From positions 1,244-65,243 of the IMG/VR virus record IMGVR_UViG_3300015259_000005: 64,000 bases of DNA. One strand, written 5' to 3'. The stretch is from a virus. Positions 1-9,789 of this stretch are shown here, piece by piece (positions within the stretch are counted from its first letter, which is position 1; every line of letters begins with the position of its first letter). The notes beneath the pieces are model-generated. The model was not told the origin of the DNA. It searched no databases and saw nothing but the letters and a program-made list of their open reading frames with translations. The position numbers and the translations under genes were made by a program.

Positions 1-581
1 GAGTGCATCGCCACGACACCGAGATCGCCCTGCGCGTCGCCCATCGTCTGCTGGGCGTCGATGAACGCCTCGGCCGAGAAGAGGTTCGCCGCGGTGGGCG
101 TGCCGGCGATGCCGAGCGCCACGTTGCGCACCATGTCGCCCGCGTCGTTCGCGACGTTGTCCGCGATGACGCCGCGCACTCCCGAGATCAGCATGCGCTG
201 TTCCTGGCGGATCCAGTACGTCGCCACGAGGTTCGCGATCGCCTGCATCGGGTCGGCGCCCGCGAGGGCCTCGTTGAGGTCCATGCTGGACCACACCTGA
301 TTGCGGTTGTGCCGCTGGGCGATCTCCTGGCCCGTGGTGATGTTCAGCGGAGTCGCCGACGCGGCCGGATTGTCCGACGACACGTTCGACTCCGTCTGCG
401 CGAGGTCACGGAAGTGGGGCACGTTGAAGAGACGCGCGCCGCCGTCCATGAGGCCGCTGATGAACGCCGAGTCCACGAGGACACCGGAGTTGCGGAACGC
501 CGATCGTTCCGCGCTGAGCACCTGAACGTACTCTGCGAATACGCTCGGGATGATGAGGTCCGTGAGCTGGGTCGCAGCCAT
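1..581 (-). CDS. major capsid protein, N-terminal part (runs off window start)
   Basis: Read manually (not in ORF track): MAATQLTDLIIPSVFAEYVQ...LFNVPHFRDL...QEIAQRHNRNQVWSSMDL..LAGADPMQAIANLVATYW. AGGA RBS upstream; directly follows scaffold; resembles capsid proteins of YuA/M6-type siphoviruses. Confidence 0.85.
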   Translation of the reverse strand, partial: MAATQLTDLIIPSVFAEYVQVLSAERSAFRNSGVLVDSAFISGLMDGGARLFNVPHFRDLAQTESNVSSDNPAASATPLNITTGQEIAQRHNRNQVWSSMDLNEALAGADPMQAIANLVATYWIRQEQRMLISGVRGVIADNVANDAGDMVRNVALGIAGTPTAANLFSAEAFIDAQQTMGDAQGDLGVVAMH

Positions 582-703
582 GACGGATTCCTTTCTGGTT
601 GGTGGTTGGTTGCTTCCCCGCCGGCGCTCATGCTCCGTTCGGGTTTTTCTCCGCCGGGCTCCGTCACGGAGCTTTTAGCGGGCCTGGGTTGCGAGTACCC
701 GGG

Positions 704-1561
704 CTAGGAAGTCGGACGAAGCGCCTGCGGCAGGTACTTCATTCCGTCCCAGCTTGCGGTGGTCGCGGCCTTCGCCATGCGAGCGGCCTTCTGCGGATCC
801 TGCTTCACCAGCAGGCCAATCTTCGTGAGGTTGAACGACTTCTGCGCGAAGGGGTTCTCGGTGAACGATTCACCGCCCTTTCCGCCGCCGGCGCCTGCAC
901 CGCTCGTGGTCCCGAACCAGTGCCGTCGCTGACCGTTCGTCTTCATGTCGCCGAACACGTCCTTCGGCGCGAGGCCGGGAGTGCCGAGCGATTCCTTGGA
1001 CACCACGTTGCCCGCCTCGTCGACATCGAAGTGGGCCTGACCCCACAGCTTGATGTCGTCGATCGCGTCGGGCACGATGCCGAGATCCTTCAGCAGCGCC
1101 GGGTTGGCGACCGCATCGACGATCTTCGAGGTGCGCTCCCGACCGACGAACGTGTTCACCTGCCCGGTGAGCGCCTCGTTGGCCGTACGGAGCTCCGTGA
1201 TCTGTCGCTCGAGCGGCTTGACGCGCGCGAGTGCGCGGCGCTCGGCGAGCTCGTCGATTTTCTTGTTGCGCTCGGCCTCGTCGCCTGCGCCCAGCGTCTC
1301 GATCTGAAGCGTGAGCTCTTCGTTCTTCGAGCGGAGCTCCTCGATCGTCTCGGGCTTCAGATCGCCGTATTTCTTCAGCGACGCCTTGGTTGCCTTGTGC
1401 TCGTCGCGCTCTTTGCCGAGCGCCTTCTGGAGCTTGTTGCGATCCTCGGCGGTGAATGCGCCTTCGACGTTGAGGACGTACTTTCCGTCCTTCTCCGTGT
1501 ACTCTGCCTGGACCGCCTCCGGCAGATCGTCGATCGAATCGAGCTCGAACTTGAGGGCCAT
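704..1561 (-). CDS. head scaffolding protein
   Basis: MALKFELDSIDDLPEAVQAEYTEKDGKYVL, coiled-coil middle, C-terminal GAGAGGG..NPF; lies between portal and capsid. Confidence 0.8.
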   Translation of the reverse strand: MALKFELDSIDDLPEAVQAEYTEKDGKYVLNVEGAFTAEDRNKLQKALGKERDEHKATKASLKKYGDLKPETIEELRSKNEELTLQIETLGAGDEAERNKKIDELAERRALARVKPLERQITELRTANEALTGQVNTFVGRERTSKIVDAVANPALLKDLGIVPDAIDDIKLWGQAHFDVDEAGNVVSKESLGTPGLAPKDVFGDMKTNGQRRHWFGTTSGAGAGGGKGGESFTENPFAQKSFNLTKIGLLVKQDPQKAARMAKAATTASWDGMKYLPQALRPTS

Positions 1562-1596
1562 GATTCCTCTACCTCACATGAGGGCTAGGCTCATTC

Positions 1597-3171
1597 CTAG
1601 CCGTTGGAATTGTCGTCTTCGTCTTCGCTGTCGGCGGACGTTTCGTCGGCCGGCGCCCCCGTTGCCTCCGCGATCGCGGTGGCCGCTTCGACCTCGGGCT
1701 TCGGCAGCGCTGCGCGCGCCGTCGCCTCGGCCACGATCTTCGCGAGCTCCTCCTCGAAGGTGAACTTCGTGAAGCCGCGATCCTGCAACCATTTGTGCGC
1801 CGACTCGAGCGAGAGCGGGATCTGACCCGTCTTCATCGCTTCGCCGAGCGCCCGCATGAGCTCCGGGCTCGGGCTCTCCTGCGTGAAGTCCATGTTCGGA
1901 CGCACCTTCACGGCGTCCGGGTCCGCGCCGATCCAGCGCGCACACCGCTTGAGCGCTTCCTCGAGTCCGGCGGCGCCGGTGATGGCGATCGTGGACAGCG
2001 TCGCGGTGGACGCGGCAACGCGGATGCGCAGCGCGTCACCCGACTCGGCCTGCGAGCCGCGGGGCTCGAGCAGGCGAGCGCCCATGCTTTGCGCGCGCTG
2101 CTTGTCGGCCTCGATCGCGGCGCGCTGCTCGGGGATGCCCTTCGAGTCGACGCCGATGAACCGCGCGCCCGCGCCCTCGCCCGCCTGAATGCGGATGATC
2201 GCGCCCGCGCCGACCTCGGTCGTGTCGGACTCTTCCTTGGACTCGCCGTCCTTCGTGATCTCGTCGCCGACGATCACGAGGGTGTCCTGACCCTGCATGT
2301 GGAGCGACTGGCGGTAGTCCGCCTCGCTGCGATAGATCGCAAGGCACAGGTTCGCGAGCCCGAGCAGCGGGATCTCGTCGGGCGACACGTTGAGGTCGTT
2401 CGCGCCGATGATGGTGAACGGGATCTCGTCGAGCGACGTGCCCCGGAACGCCGGGATGATCACCGGGCTCCGCATGTTGTCGCTCTCGGTGTACGTCTTG
2501 TACACCAGAGGATTCGTCGTGCTCTCCGGCTCCTCGGGATTCACCGGCTCGAGGAACACCACGCGATAGCGGCGCTGCTCCTCGAAGTCGAAGACGTTGC
2601 CGCCCTCGGGCCCGCGGATGAACACCGTTTCGTTCATCACCGCGAAGTGCAGCTTGTTGGGCGCGAACTCGGTGAACCGCTCGTCGTCCCAGTTGATGAT
2701 CGTGTCGGCTTGATACGTGACGAAGTGCGGCAGCGCCGCGCGCTCGGCCTGCGCCGGCGCTTGCGGGAAGTCGGCCAGCAGGCCGAACCGTCCGAAGAGA
2801 AGCTGCTGCTCGTTGATTTTTCGGAGCAGGCCCTCGATCGACTCGCCCTTGCGCGTCGCCTTCGCGCGCATCGGCTCCATCTCCGGCGGAAGCTCGATGA
2901 TCGGCGGTTCGGAGTGCATCACGCCGACGAGCGTGTTCACCGCGTCTCGGACGTACTCCGGGAACACTGCGCGCTCGAGGTAGGAGTCGTACGACTTGCG
3001 GCCGAGCGAGGCCGTGCTCTTCGCCGCGCCGTCGGCGATCTGGCCGGCGGTCGCGGGGAGATACGTGAACTCGGCCGACTTGATCCGGCGCTGACCCGCG
3101 AAGGTGTCGCGCATGACCATGTAGTCTTCGACGACTTCGAGGTAGTCGGGATGCTTGTTGTCGATCGACAT
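1597..3171 (-). CDS. portal protein (DUF4055-like)
   Basis: 524 aa; HPDY..YLP..Y..YLERA.F..V N-terminus, PLL.LA.L....YRS.ADY; between TerL and scaffold. Confidence 0.85.
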   Translation of the reverse strand: MSIDNKHPDYLEVVEDYMVMRDTFAGQRRIKSAEFTYLPATAGQIADGAAKSTASLGRKSYDSYLERAVFPEYVRDAVNTLVGVMHSEPPIIELPPEMEPMRAKATRKGESIEGLLRKINEQQLLFGRFGLLADFPQAPAQAERAALPHFVTYQADTIINWDDERFTEFAPNKLHFAVMNETVFIRGPEGGNVFDFEEQRRYRVVFLEPVNPEEPESTTNPLVYKTYTESDNMRSPVIIPAFRGTSLDEIPFTIIGANDLNVSPDEIPLLGLANLCLAIYRSEADYRQSLHMQGQDTLVIVGDEITKDGESKEESDTTEVGAGAIIRIQAGEGAGARFIGVDSKGIPEQRAAIEADKQRAQSMGARLLEPRGSQAESGDALRIRVAASTATLSTIAITGAAGLEEALKRCARWIGADPDAVKVRPNMDFTQESPSPELMRALGEAMKTGQIPLSLESAHKWLQDRGFTKFTFEEELAKIVAEATARAALPKPEVEAATAIAEATGAPADETSADSEDEDDNSNG

Positions 3172-3174
3172 ACC

Positions 3175-4782
3175 TTACCAGCGGGCCTTCGCGCGTGCGG
3201 CGCCCTTCACGGTGACACGCGGCGCGTAGGTCAGGACCAACGCTTCCGCGTGGTCGGGTGATGCCACTCCACGAGCGGCGAGTTGTCGCTTGGATTCGAT
3301 CTGAATCTTGCCGGCCTCGGTGTGGTGGTACCGGGGCAGCGAGAGCTCCGCGCACAGCGCGTCGTCGTCGGGCAAGAACAGAAGGTCTTGAACATCGTGC
3401 GCCACGCCGCCCTCCCCGGCGTAGTGGAGCCAGTGTTCGTATGTCCGGCGAAGTGCGTCACGCACGTTCCACCAGAGCTCAGCCTTCAGGTTGACGAACT
3501 TGTCCTTCGCACGTTTGCCGTCAGGCCACCGCGTCCGAGTGGGGCGGTCGCCGACGTTCACGCCCTGTGAGATCACGCCGGACATCCGGCGCAGCGCGGC
3601 GGCCACTCCGCGGCCAACGCCGATGGAGTCGAACTTGACGATGTTGCAGTCCTGTTCGATCGCGCACGCGCGGGCCTTCGCGGCGATGTCGATCGTATCG
3701 TCGTCCCCCCACTTCGTGGAGGACTTCACGATCGGCCCGAAGCGGGGGACGAGCACGGACTTGCCGGGCCCGCCGGCGCCCACGTCGAGGCCCGCCACGC
3801 CGCTGCCCTTCACGAGAGCGGGGAGCAGGCCGTCCTTTTCGAGCGCCTTGCGTAGAGTCCGCGAGGCGCGCACGTGGATCGACGGGATACAGACTTGGGT
3901 GTCGCTGGCCTCGTAGTCGAGGTCCACTTCCTGCGCGAGCACCTCGGGTTCGAGGGTGCGCTTTTTCTCGTCATACCACGCCTGATCCTTGCGCGGATCG
4001 TCTCGCCAGTGGAACGTGAAGACGGGGAAGTTCCCGCTGAAGCGCATGCGGAAGAACGGGTTGCCAGTGCCGTTAGGCGTGGACAACCAGATTTTCGCGT
4101 CGGCGTTCGCGGAGAGCGCGGCCTGCGCCTCCTCGGGATACTCGAGGAAGGCGGCCTCGTCGACGAAGTAGAGAGACGATCGACCGCCGCGGCCGATGTT
4201 GCGACCACCCTGTCCGATCATGACGGACGAGGTTTCGCGGTTCTTGATCCGCATGTACGGCTGATCTTCGCTGCTCTTCCAGTCCGCCGGCCGGAGCTCG
4301 ACGGGGAGGCGCGCGATCAGGATGCGGATCTTCTCGAAGATCGAGTCGGGGTCGCCGATGCGATCGACCAACCCTTCCTTGCGGGAGCCGAAGCCGATCT
4401 GCACACCTTCGTGGAAGGTCCAGAGCCACCACGAGAACGACGCGGCCACCCACGTCGCGCCGCAGTCGCGGGACTTCTCGAGAACGCCTTCCTTCTGAGT
4501 GAGGTACAGGTCCCACAACCAGTCAACGCATTCGCGCTGGCGCGGGAAAAGCTGGAAGGGCACGTACGGGTTGATCCCACGATTCACGAGACGCGGATCG
4601 TACGTGGTGACCCAGTCGTTGATCGCTTCGCACGGGTGCGCGGCGTAATACGTCCACGCGGCTTCCCATGCGTCTTCGCCGCCGTCGCGGAGGCGCGTTA
4701 GGTTCCAGTTGCGGAACCGATAGATCGCCTCGTAGTCGGGGTTCTTCCAGTCGGTGATGTTCGGCCGTTTCACACGGATCAC
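3175..4782 (-). CDS. terL: terminase large subunit
   Basis: Walker A-like EKSRDCGATW, GRGGR, Walker B YFVDEAAF, STPNG, nuclease GLDVG...DSIGVG...SPDHAEA. Start set at the GTG overlapping the upstream stop, shorter than the ORF track. Confidence 0.93.
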   Translation of the reverse strand: MIRVKRPNITDWKNPDYEAIYRFRNWNLTRLRDGGEDAWEAAWTYYAAHPCEAINDWVTTYDPRLVNRGINPYVPFQLFPRQRECVDWLWDLYLTQKEGVLEKSRDCGATWVAASFSWWLWTFHEGVQIGFGSRKEGLVDRIGDPDSIFEKIRILIARLPVELRPADWKSSEDQPYMRIKNRETSSVMIGQGGRNIGRGGRSSLYFVDEAAFLEYPEEAQAALSANADAKIWLSTPNGTGNPFFRMRFSGNFPVFTFHWRDDPRKDQAWYDEKKRTLEPEVLAQEVDLDYEASDTQVCIPSIHVRASRTLRKALEKDGLLPALVKGSGVAGLDVGAGGPGKSVLVPRFGPIVKSSTKWGDDDTIDIAAKARACAIEQDCNIVKFDSIGVGRGVAAALRRMSGVISQGVNVGDRPTRTRWPDGKRAKDKFVNLKAELWWNVRDALRRTYEHWLHYAGEGGVAHDVQDLLFLPDDDALCAELSLPRYHHTEAGKIQIESKRQLAARGVASPDHAEALVLTYAPRVTVKGAARAKARW

Positions 4783-6095
4783 CCGACTGTGAGGACGACG
4801 TTGAATCGCTGCGCCGTCACGGCGCCGCTGGCGTTCGACACGTTCTTGAAGCCGGAGACGAGAAGCTGTGCGCTCGTGAAACGCCGGACGCCGAGGAACG
4901 AGTTGTCTTTCGGCTGAATCCCGAACAGGATCGTGCCGGGTGCGTTGCCCGCGCCCGCGACCCACTGCTGCACCAGCGTGGTCACGTCGAAGTCTTGATT
5001 GCCCGTCCACGTCGTGTTCAGCGCGTACTCGAGCACGCTACCGAACGCGGGCTTGTGTGGGGTCGTCCCGTCCTCGCGATAGAGATGCGGCCACATGGGG
5101 CCGACACCGTAGGCACAGGTCGCGACGCCGTAGCGTTTTCCGAAGATGCACGCCGATCCCGCGTAGCTGTCGACTAGCAAGGCCTGCGTGCGTAGATAAT
5201 CCGTGTTGGTGTAGACGTGATCGACCTCGAGCGCAAACGCGTACCGCAGGCCCGCGGTGACCGCGACATCGGACGAGAAGTCGAAGCTGAAGAGCCCGTT
5301 GACCACCGACGACGCGGCGATATCCGGCGAGGTGGCGAGCAGCGCGCCCAGGTTGGGTCGATCGTCCGTTCCGTCGTCGGCCATCGCGCGGTACATCTTG
5401 ATTCGGCAGTTGCCCGCGGGCGTGCCGATCTTCAGAAGCCGCATCTGATAGCGACGGAAGTTGCCCGACGTGGTGCAGACCAACGTCTGCGCGACGCTGT
5501 CAATCCCCGACTGATCCGTGATGACGGCGCCCCAGTCGTACTTGACGTTGAGGTCGTTGCTGCCGAGGCCCGGGCCGCTAGAGAGGTTCGCGCCGCCGCC
5601 GGCCGTCTGCATGAGGGCTTGGATGCCCCACGCTTCCGTCGTCGCGCCCGTCGTGTCGTTCAGCACGACCCACGATAGGTTAGGCCCGGCGTTATCCCAG
5701 ATCCCGTCTTTCGGAACGAGCCAGAAGCGCGCGGTGAGCGCATTCGCGTCGCCGCCCGTCGTGGTGACGAGACGGAGCGTTGCGCTGGTGATTGTCGAGC
5801 CGGCCGCGATCGGGAAGTCGAACCGCCCGAACCACGAGTGCCGCGAAACGACCTTGAAGTTGCTGTACTCGATTGAATCGTAGCTGACGTCCGTGAACAC
5901 CGTGACGGTGTCGAACGCGATGCTCTTGTGCCCGGCGACCGTGGTCGGCGAGAGCGCGTTAGGCCCCGAGAACGACTGCGTCGACTGGGACGAGAAGGCC
6001 ACGTCTACGGGCGAGCCGCTGAGAGCCGCGCCGACTCGCTGCACGCTGATCGTAGTCGCCACCTGCTGTGCTGACAGTGTGGCGTTGACGTTCAT
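4779..6095 (-). CDS. putative virion beta-rich protein with DNRLRE-like elements
   Basis: 438 aa, T/S/G-rich; FDFPIAAGSTITSATLRL and FDVTTLVQQW resemble DNRLRE-domain strands. Confidence 0.45.
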   Translation of the reverse strand: MNVNATLSAQQVATTISVQRVGAALSGSPVDVAFSSQSTQSFSGPNALSPTTVAGHKSIAFDTVTVFTDVSYDSIEYSNFKVVSRHSWFGRFDFPIAAGSTITSATLRLVTTTGGDANALTARFWLVPKDGIWDNAGPNLSWVVLNDTTGATTEAWGIQALMQTAGGGANLSSGPGLGSNDLNVKYDWGAVITDQSGIDSVAQTLVCTTSGNFRRYQMRLLKIGTPAGNCRIKMYRAMADDGTDDRPNLGALLATSPDIAASSVVNGLFSFDFSSDVAVTAGLRYAFALEVDHVYTNTDYLRTQALLVDSYAGSACIFGKRYGVATCAYGVGPMWPHLYREDGTTPHKPAFGSVLEYALNTTWTGNQDFDVTTLVQQWVAGAGNAPGTILFGIQPKDNSFLGVRRFTSAQLLVSGFKNVSNASGAVTAQRFNVVLTVG

Positions 6096-6820
6096 TTCGC
6101 CCTCTGGAGCTCCACGCTCGCGGATGCGTCAGCGATCGCGGGCGTCGGTTTTACGGTCAAGATCGTGCGGCCCGCGAGCGCGGGGTCCGCGACCTCCTCG
6201 AGAACGACCGGGTTCGTCGACCGCGCCGCACGGGCCAGCGCCTCGGCGCGCCACGCGGCCATCGCCTGATCGCCCGCGTCATTGCGCAGGGCATCGACGA
6301 AGTAGCGCGTACGCGCCGTGCGGAAGATGATGGTGTGCTGCCCGGGACCGTCGATCACGGTCTGGGCGTAGGTTTCGATCACATCGAACATGCGCCGCAC
6401 GCGCACGCGCGGGTCCGTCACGCGCGGGTACGCCGCGATCGGGAAGTACGAGACGCGATGCACGGTGTCGACCACGTGGTCCTTCGGTGCGAAGAACATG
6501 AAGCCGCCAACGGCCTCGCCGTTGGTCGTGTTGTAGCAGACGAGATCGCCCGGCAGGTAATCGCCGAGCTCGAGAGGGAATTGCTTGCCAGCCACGCGGG
6601 CCGCGGTCGCGTCGTAGTCGGGCCGCGCCGCGCGCAGCACGTTCTCGATGCCCGCCGTGTCGCAGTAAATCTCGAGGGGCGCTACATCGCGCATCTTCCC
6701 GAGGACGAGGTTGCGTGCCGCGCGGCGGTCAGCCGCAGGACAGTCCCGCGCGTCGATGTAGCGCAGCGCGCCAATCGTCACCGTCGGGATGCGGAACGGA
6801 AGGGGTTCTAGATCCGCCAT
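6092..6820 (-). CDS. hypothetical protein
   Basis: 242 aa ORF with ATGA overlap to the downstream gene. Confidence 0.6.
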   Translation of the reverse strand: MADLEPLPFRIPTVTIGALRYIDARDCPAADRRAARNLVLGKMRDVAPLEIYCDTAGIENVLRAARPDYDATAARVAGKQFPLELGDYLPGDLVCYNTTNGEAVGGFMFFAPKDHVVDTVHRVSYFPIAAYPRVTDPRVRVRRMFDVIETYAQTVIDGPGQHTIIFRTARTRYFVDALRNDAGDQAMAAWRAEALARAARSTNPVVLEEVADPALAGRTILTVKPTPAIADASASVELQRAK

Positions 6821-6994
6821 GCGGCCCTCAGTAGTCGATGCGGATCGTCTGGTGCGGCCGACGCGTGCCCCGCGCCGCGAGGCTCGGAAGCGGCCGCGGG
6901 TGCGCGGCGGGATCGCCGGTGAGCGGCTTGACCACCGTGCTCGGCGGCCGGTTGCGACGCGCGGTCGCGCGCGGCGGCCGGGCCTGGGTCGCCA

Positions 6995-7252
6995 CTAGAA
7001 CGTGAGCTCCGGGATTCCCGCTTCCTTCTCCGGCACCTTCGGCGCGGACGGAGGCGGGAGGATCCAGAGGCAGAGCGTCACACCGATGTGGAGTTCGAGG
7101 TCTTCGATGATCGGGTAGCAGCGGAGAAGCTGCGCGGGCACCTGTCCGCCGGCCAGAGGCACCTGCGTAGGCTGCACGCGCGCGACGAGCGCAGCCGCGC
7201 TTCCGACGACGAGCACGAGGGCGACGATCACTGCGAGTAGGAAGCGCTTCAT
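6995..7252 (-). CDS. small secreted or membrane protein
   Basis: MKRFLLAVIVALVLVVGSAAA signal-like N-terminus. Confidence 0.55.
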   Translation of the reverse strand: MKRFLLAVIVALVLVVGSAAALVARVQPTQVPLAGGQVPAQLLRCYPIIEDLELHIGVTLCLWILPPPSAPKVPEKEAGIPELTF

Positions 7253-7578
7253 TTCTTCAGGGGCTCCAATTCCCCGTTCGCGAGGAACGACAGGCGCAGC
7301 GCCGGCTTCTCGTCCTCTTCGACGGGAGCGGCATGCGCCGAGTACAGGTGCATGCTGACGCAGGAACTCAGCAGTTGCGACGCTTCCGCGATGCACGAGT
7401 CGTCTTGCTCAGTCCACGACACGTAGAGGCGGCCGTTGCGATCGCGCGCGATCACGACGAGGGCGTCGACTTCCGCGACTTGCTTGAGGAGCTCGAGGAG
7501 AAGCTGATTCGGGTGCTCCATCTGAAACGGGGTCACCACGTTGCCCGGGCCCTGCACGGCGACTTCGACCTCGGTCAC
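7249..7578 (-). CDS. hypothetical protein
   Basis: GTG start coupled to the upstream stop; coherent protein sequence VTEVEVAVQG... Confidence 0.5.
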   Translation of the reverse strand: MTEVEVAVQGPGNVVTPFQMEHPNQLLLELLKQVAEVDALVVIARDRNGRLYVSWTEQDDSCIAEASQLLSSCVSMHLYSAHAAPVEEDEKPALRLSFLANGELEPLKK

Positions 7579-7958
7579 TACCAGTCCTCCACGTCGTCGA
7601 TGACGCTGCCGTCCTCGAACGCGGTGATGATCGAGCTCCACGTGCCGCTGAACGCGGGGCCGTGGTCCTCTTCCTTCACGTCCCACACGAGCGCGTGCGC
7701 GTATTCGTGCTGGAGCAGGTTGACTGCGAGCGGAAGCTGGCACCGCGGGTCCACGGCGATCACGAGATCGCGCGTACCCGCTACGCGCCAGCACTCGGCG
7801 TCCGCGCCCTTGAGCTTCTGGATGCTGAACGAGACGCTGCGCTTCGTCGGCCAGTGCGCCTGCATGTACCGGAAGATCGCGCGAAGGTGCCGGCGCGAGG
7901 CCGGCGACATCGGCGAGTCCCAGTAGTCATCTCGCTCGGCGACGGGCGTGCTTGCCAT
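7578..7958 (-). CDS. SprT-like zinc metallopeptidase
   Basis: LLQHEYAHAL...DHGPAF (HExxH plus HG.xF). Confidence 0.65.
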   Translation of the reverse strand: MASTPVAERDDYWDSPMSPASRRHLRAIFRYMQAHWPTKRSVSFSIQKLKGADAECWRVAGTRDLVIAVDPRCQLPLAVNLLQHEYAHALVWDVKEEDHGPAFSGTWSSIITAFEDGSVIDDVEDW

Positions 7959-8400
7959 ACGGCACCCAGCCCCCGACGCGGACACCGGCCCAGCCGAGCC
8001 ATGCCCGCGCGGGGTTCACGTGTTTCTCGCCGCTGCTGGCGATGATTCGGAAGACGCGATCCGCGGCGGCGCGCGGCGCGCCCATGCGGTAGAGGTAGTC
8101 GTGGACCGCGGCGGCGATCTCGTAGAGCTCGCGCGGGCCCATGAAGGTCTGAAGGATCGGCGAGATCGAGGCGCCATCGTAGACGAAGCCCGCTGGCACG
8201 CGGATCACCGTCGTGCCGTCGTGCGCCTCGGAGATGCGCCAGTCGATCCGCCAGCCGGGGCGCGTCTCCGCTTCCCACTCGCGGAGCTCCGGGATCGCCA
8301 CGCCCACGTTGATCGTGAGCTCGGCCGCCATCCGCCGATTGATCGTGCCGTCGCCCAGGATTCGCGAGTCGAACTCGCTGAGCAGGAACGCCGTCGACAC
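7927..8400 (-). CDS. DUF1353 family protein
   Basis: VPAGFVYDGASI...AAAVHDYLY...ADRVF...VRVGG signature. Confidence 0.85.
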   Translation of the reverse strand: MSTAFLLSEFDSRILGDGTINRRMAAELTINVGVAIPELREWEAETRPGWRIDWRISEAHDGTTVIRVPAGFVYDGASISPILQTFMGPRELYEIAAAVHDYLYRMGAPRAAADRVFRIIASSGEKHVNPARAWLGWAGVRVGGWVPYGKHARRRAR

Positions 8401-8402
8401 GG

Positions 8403-8621
8403 TTAGGTGGCCGGTCGGAAGTACGCGCCCAGCGCGGCGACGACCGCGGCTACGAGCGTGCTGATGCCCGCGGTGCGTCGGTCGATGCGATCGAGCCGCT
8501 CTTTCTGGTGGACCGAGCGCTCGTCCAATCGCTCGAGCAGGGGCAGGACGCGCTGGTTGAGCGTGTTCTCGACGGCGCCGATCTCACAACAGGTCTGAGT
8601 CGTCTTCGTCGTCTCCTGCAT
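8403..8621 (-). CDS. small coiled-coil protein with C-terminal TM helix (XhlA/holin-like)
   Basis: LERLDERS..RLDRIDRR followed by hydrophobic ISTLVAAVVAALGAYF. Confidence 0.5.
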   Translation of the reverse strand: MQETTKTTQTCCEIGAVENTLNQRVLPLLERLDERSVHQKERLDRIDRRTAGISTLVAAVVAALGAYFRPAT

Positions 8622-9012
8622 CGCCGTCCAACCCCGCGAACCACTTGTCCGCTTCGCTCTGCGAACCGCGGACGTTGCTCTTGCGCGTCGAGCGCGCGCC
8701 GTCCGCACCCTGTGTGCGCGACGGCTTCGGCGCCGCGCGGTCGCCGAGCTCTTGGAAGTGCTCTTTGCTACCGCGGAGGCCGTGCATCTGGAAGACCCAG
8801 ACTTGGAGGTCGAGAACCGTCTCGAAGCGCGGGATCTCGTCGGGCTGCTTGCCCAATCCCTTCGCCGCCATCTCGTAGTGAGACTCGATCGGTTCCTGCT
8901 CGTACGCTAGTCCGATCGCGGCTTCGAGGTTGGGGCGCGCACCGCGCCCGCCTTTCTTGCTGCCGCGACGGAACCCTTTCGGGTCGTAGTCAGGATCGAG
9001 GGGGTTCGACAT
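8584..9012 (-). CDS. putative terminase small subunit
   Basis: 142 aa; N-terminal F..G.KGGRG.RP motif and ..ELGDR..K, as in DUF5681-like TerS; upstream of TerL in the same operon. Confidence 0.45.
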   Translation of the reverse strand: MSNPLDPDYDPKGFRRGSKKGGRGARPNLEAAIGLAYEQEPIESHYEMAAKGLGKQPDEIPRFETVLDLQVWVFQMHGLRGSKEHFQELGDRAAPKPSRTQGADGARSTRKSNVRGSQSEADKWFAGLDGDAGDDEDDSDLL

Positions 9013-9013
9013 A

Positions 9014-9089
9014 TGGCTCCTCGGGGAGGGCTCGAACCTCCGACCCGCGGCTTAACAGGCCGCTGCTCTGCCAACTGAGCTACCGAGAA
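9014..9089 (-). tRNA. tRNA-Asn(GTT)
   Basis: TTCTCGG-TAGCTCAGTTGGCAGAGC-A-GCGGC-CTGTTAA-GCCGC-GGGTC-GGAGG-TTCGAGC-CCTCC-CCGAGGA-G-CCA; 76 nt cloverleaf with encoded CCA. Confidence 0.95.
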
Positions 9090-9091
9090 AA

Positions 9092-9280
9092 AGAATCCGA
9101 CGCGCCGATCACGGACCCGCCCTGCATCTAGTGCGTGTGGTGTGTACGGCGTTTCTTCAGCGCGTCGGGAAAGGTTCGGCTGGGCGACCATCACCCATGC
9201 CTTCCCACCGGCTCCAACTTTTACGAGCACTCGATTCCGGTGGATCCGCTCGCTCGGCCAGAAGTGCGGCCGAGATTGTC
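9092..9280 (-). ncRNA. candidate structured RNA upstream of tRNA-Asn
   Basis: 12-bp stem CCGACGCGCUGA/UCGGCGCGUCGG (9097-9168) plus hairpins CUCGGCC/GGCCGAG and CCACCGG/CCGGUGG; no credible ORF. Confidence 0.35.
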
Positions 9281-9282
9281 CC

Positions 9283-9726
9283 TTAGGAGAGGGTGCCGTT
9301 TGTGTAGATGATGTTCCACGTGTTCGGCGCGCTGTACTCGAAGAGACAGCGGTCGTTCACCGCGGCGAGGTCGACGTTGGTGACGGCCGCAGCCGCCGCG
9401 TCGCCCTGGATGCCGGCCTGTTGCAGCGAGACACCCGCGCCCGCGTTGATGCGGAGCGAGTCGCCGCCGGCCACCTCGGTCACGAACGTCACGAGATGGC
9501 GCTGACCGACCTTCGTGCCGGCCGGGATCTGGAGCACCTGCTGGGTCGCCGCGCCGCTCGAGCGCACGCGGCTCTCGTACGGGGTCGGGTCCAGCACGAC
9601 GGTCGAAGCGCCCGACTGGACGTTCACGTCGTCGGCCACCAGCCCACCGCGAATTGCGGTGCGCAGCAGCGCGAGTGCTTTGACGAAGCCCTTGCCGGGG
9701 CGGGACGTATCGAATGCTCGAGCCAT
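9283..9726 (-). CDS. putative virion decoration/fibre protein
   Basis: 147 aa beta-rich, ..IPAG..GQ...W.I C-terminus; strong AGGAGG RBS. Confidence 0.45.
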   Translation of the reverse strand: MARAFDTSRPGKGFVKALALLRTAIRGGLVADDVNVQSGASTVVLDPTPYESRVRSSGAATQQVLQIPAGTKVGQRHLVTFVTEVAGGDSLRINAGAGVSLQQAGIQGDAAAAAVTNVDLAAVNDRCLFEYSAPNTWNIIYTNGTLS

Positions 9727-9789
9727 GGAAGGGCTCCTCCTGTTGGTTGGGTGCGACCGCGCTCTGTGCGCGGCCGGGGATGGCCGACG

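Noticed and set aside
9140-9168. CUGAAGAAAC as a hammerhead core
   Set aside because: No stem II between CUGANGA and GAAA
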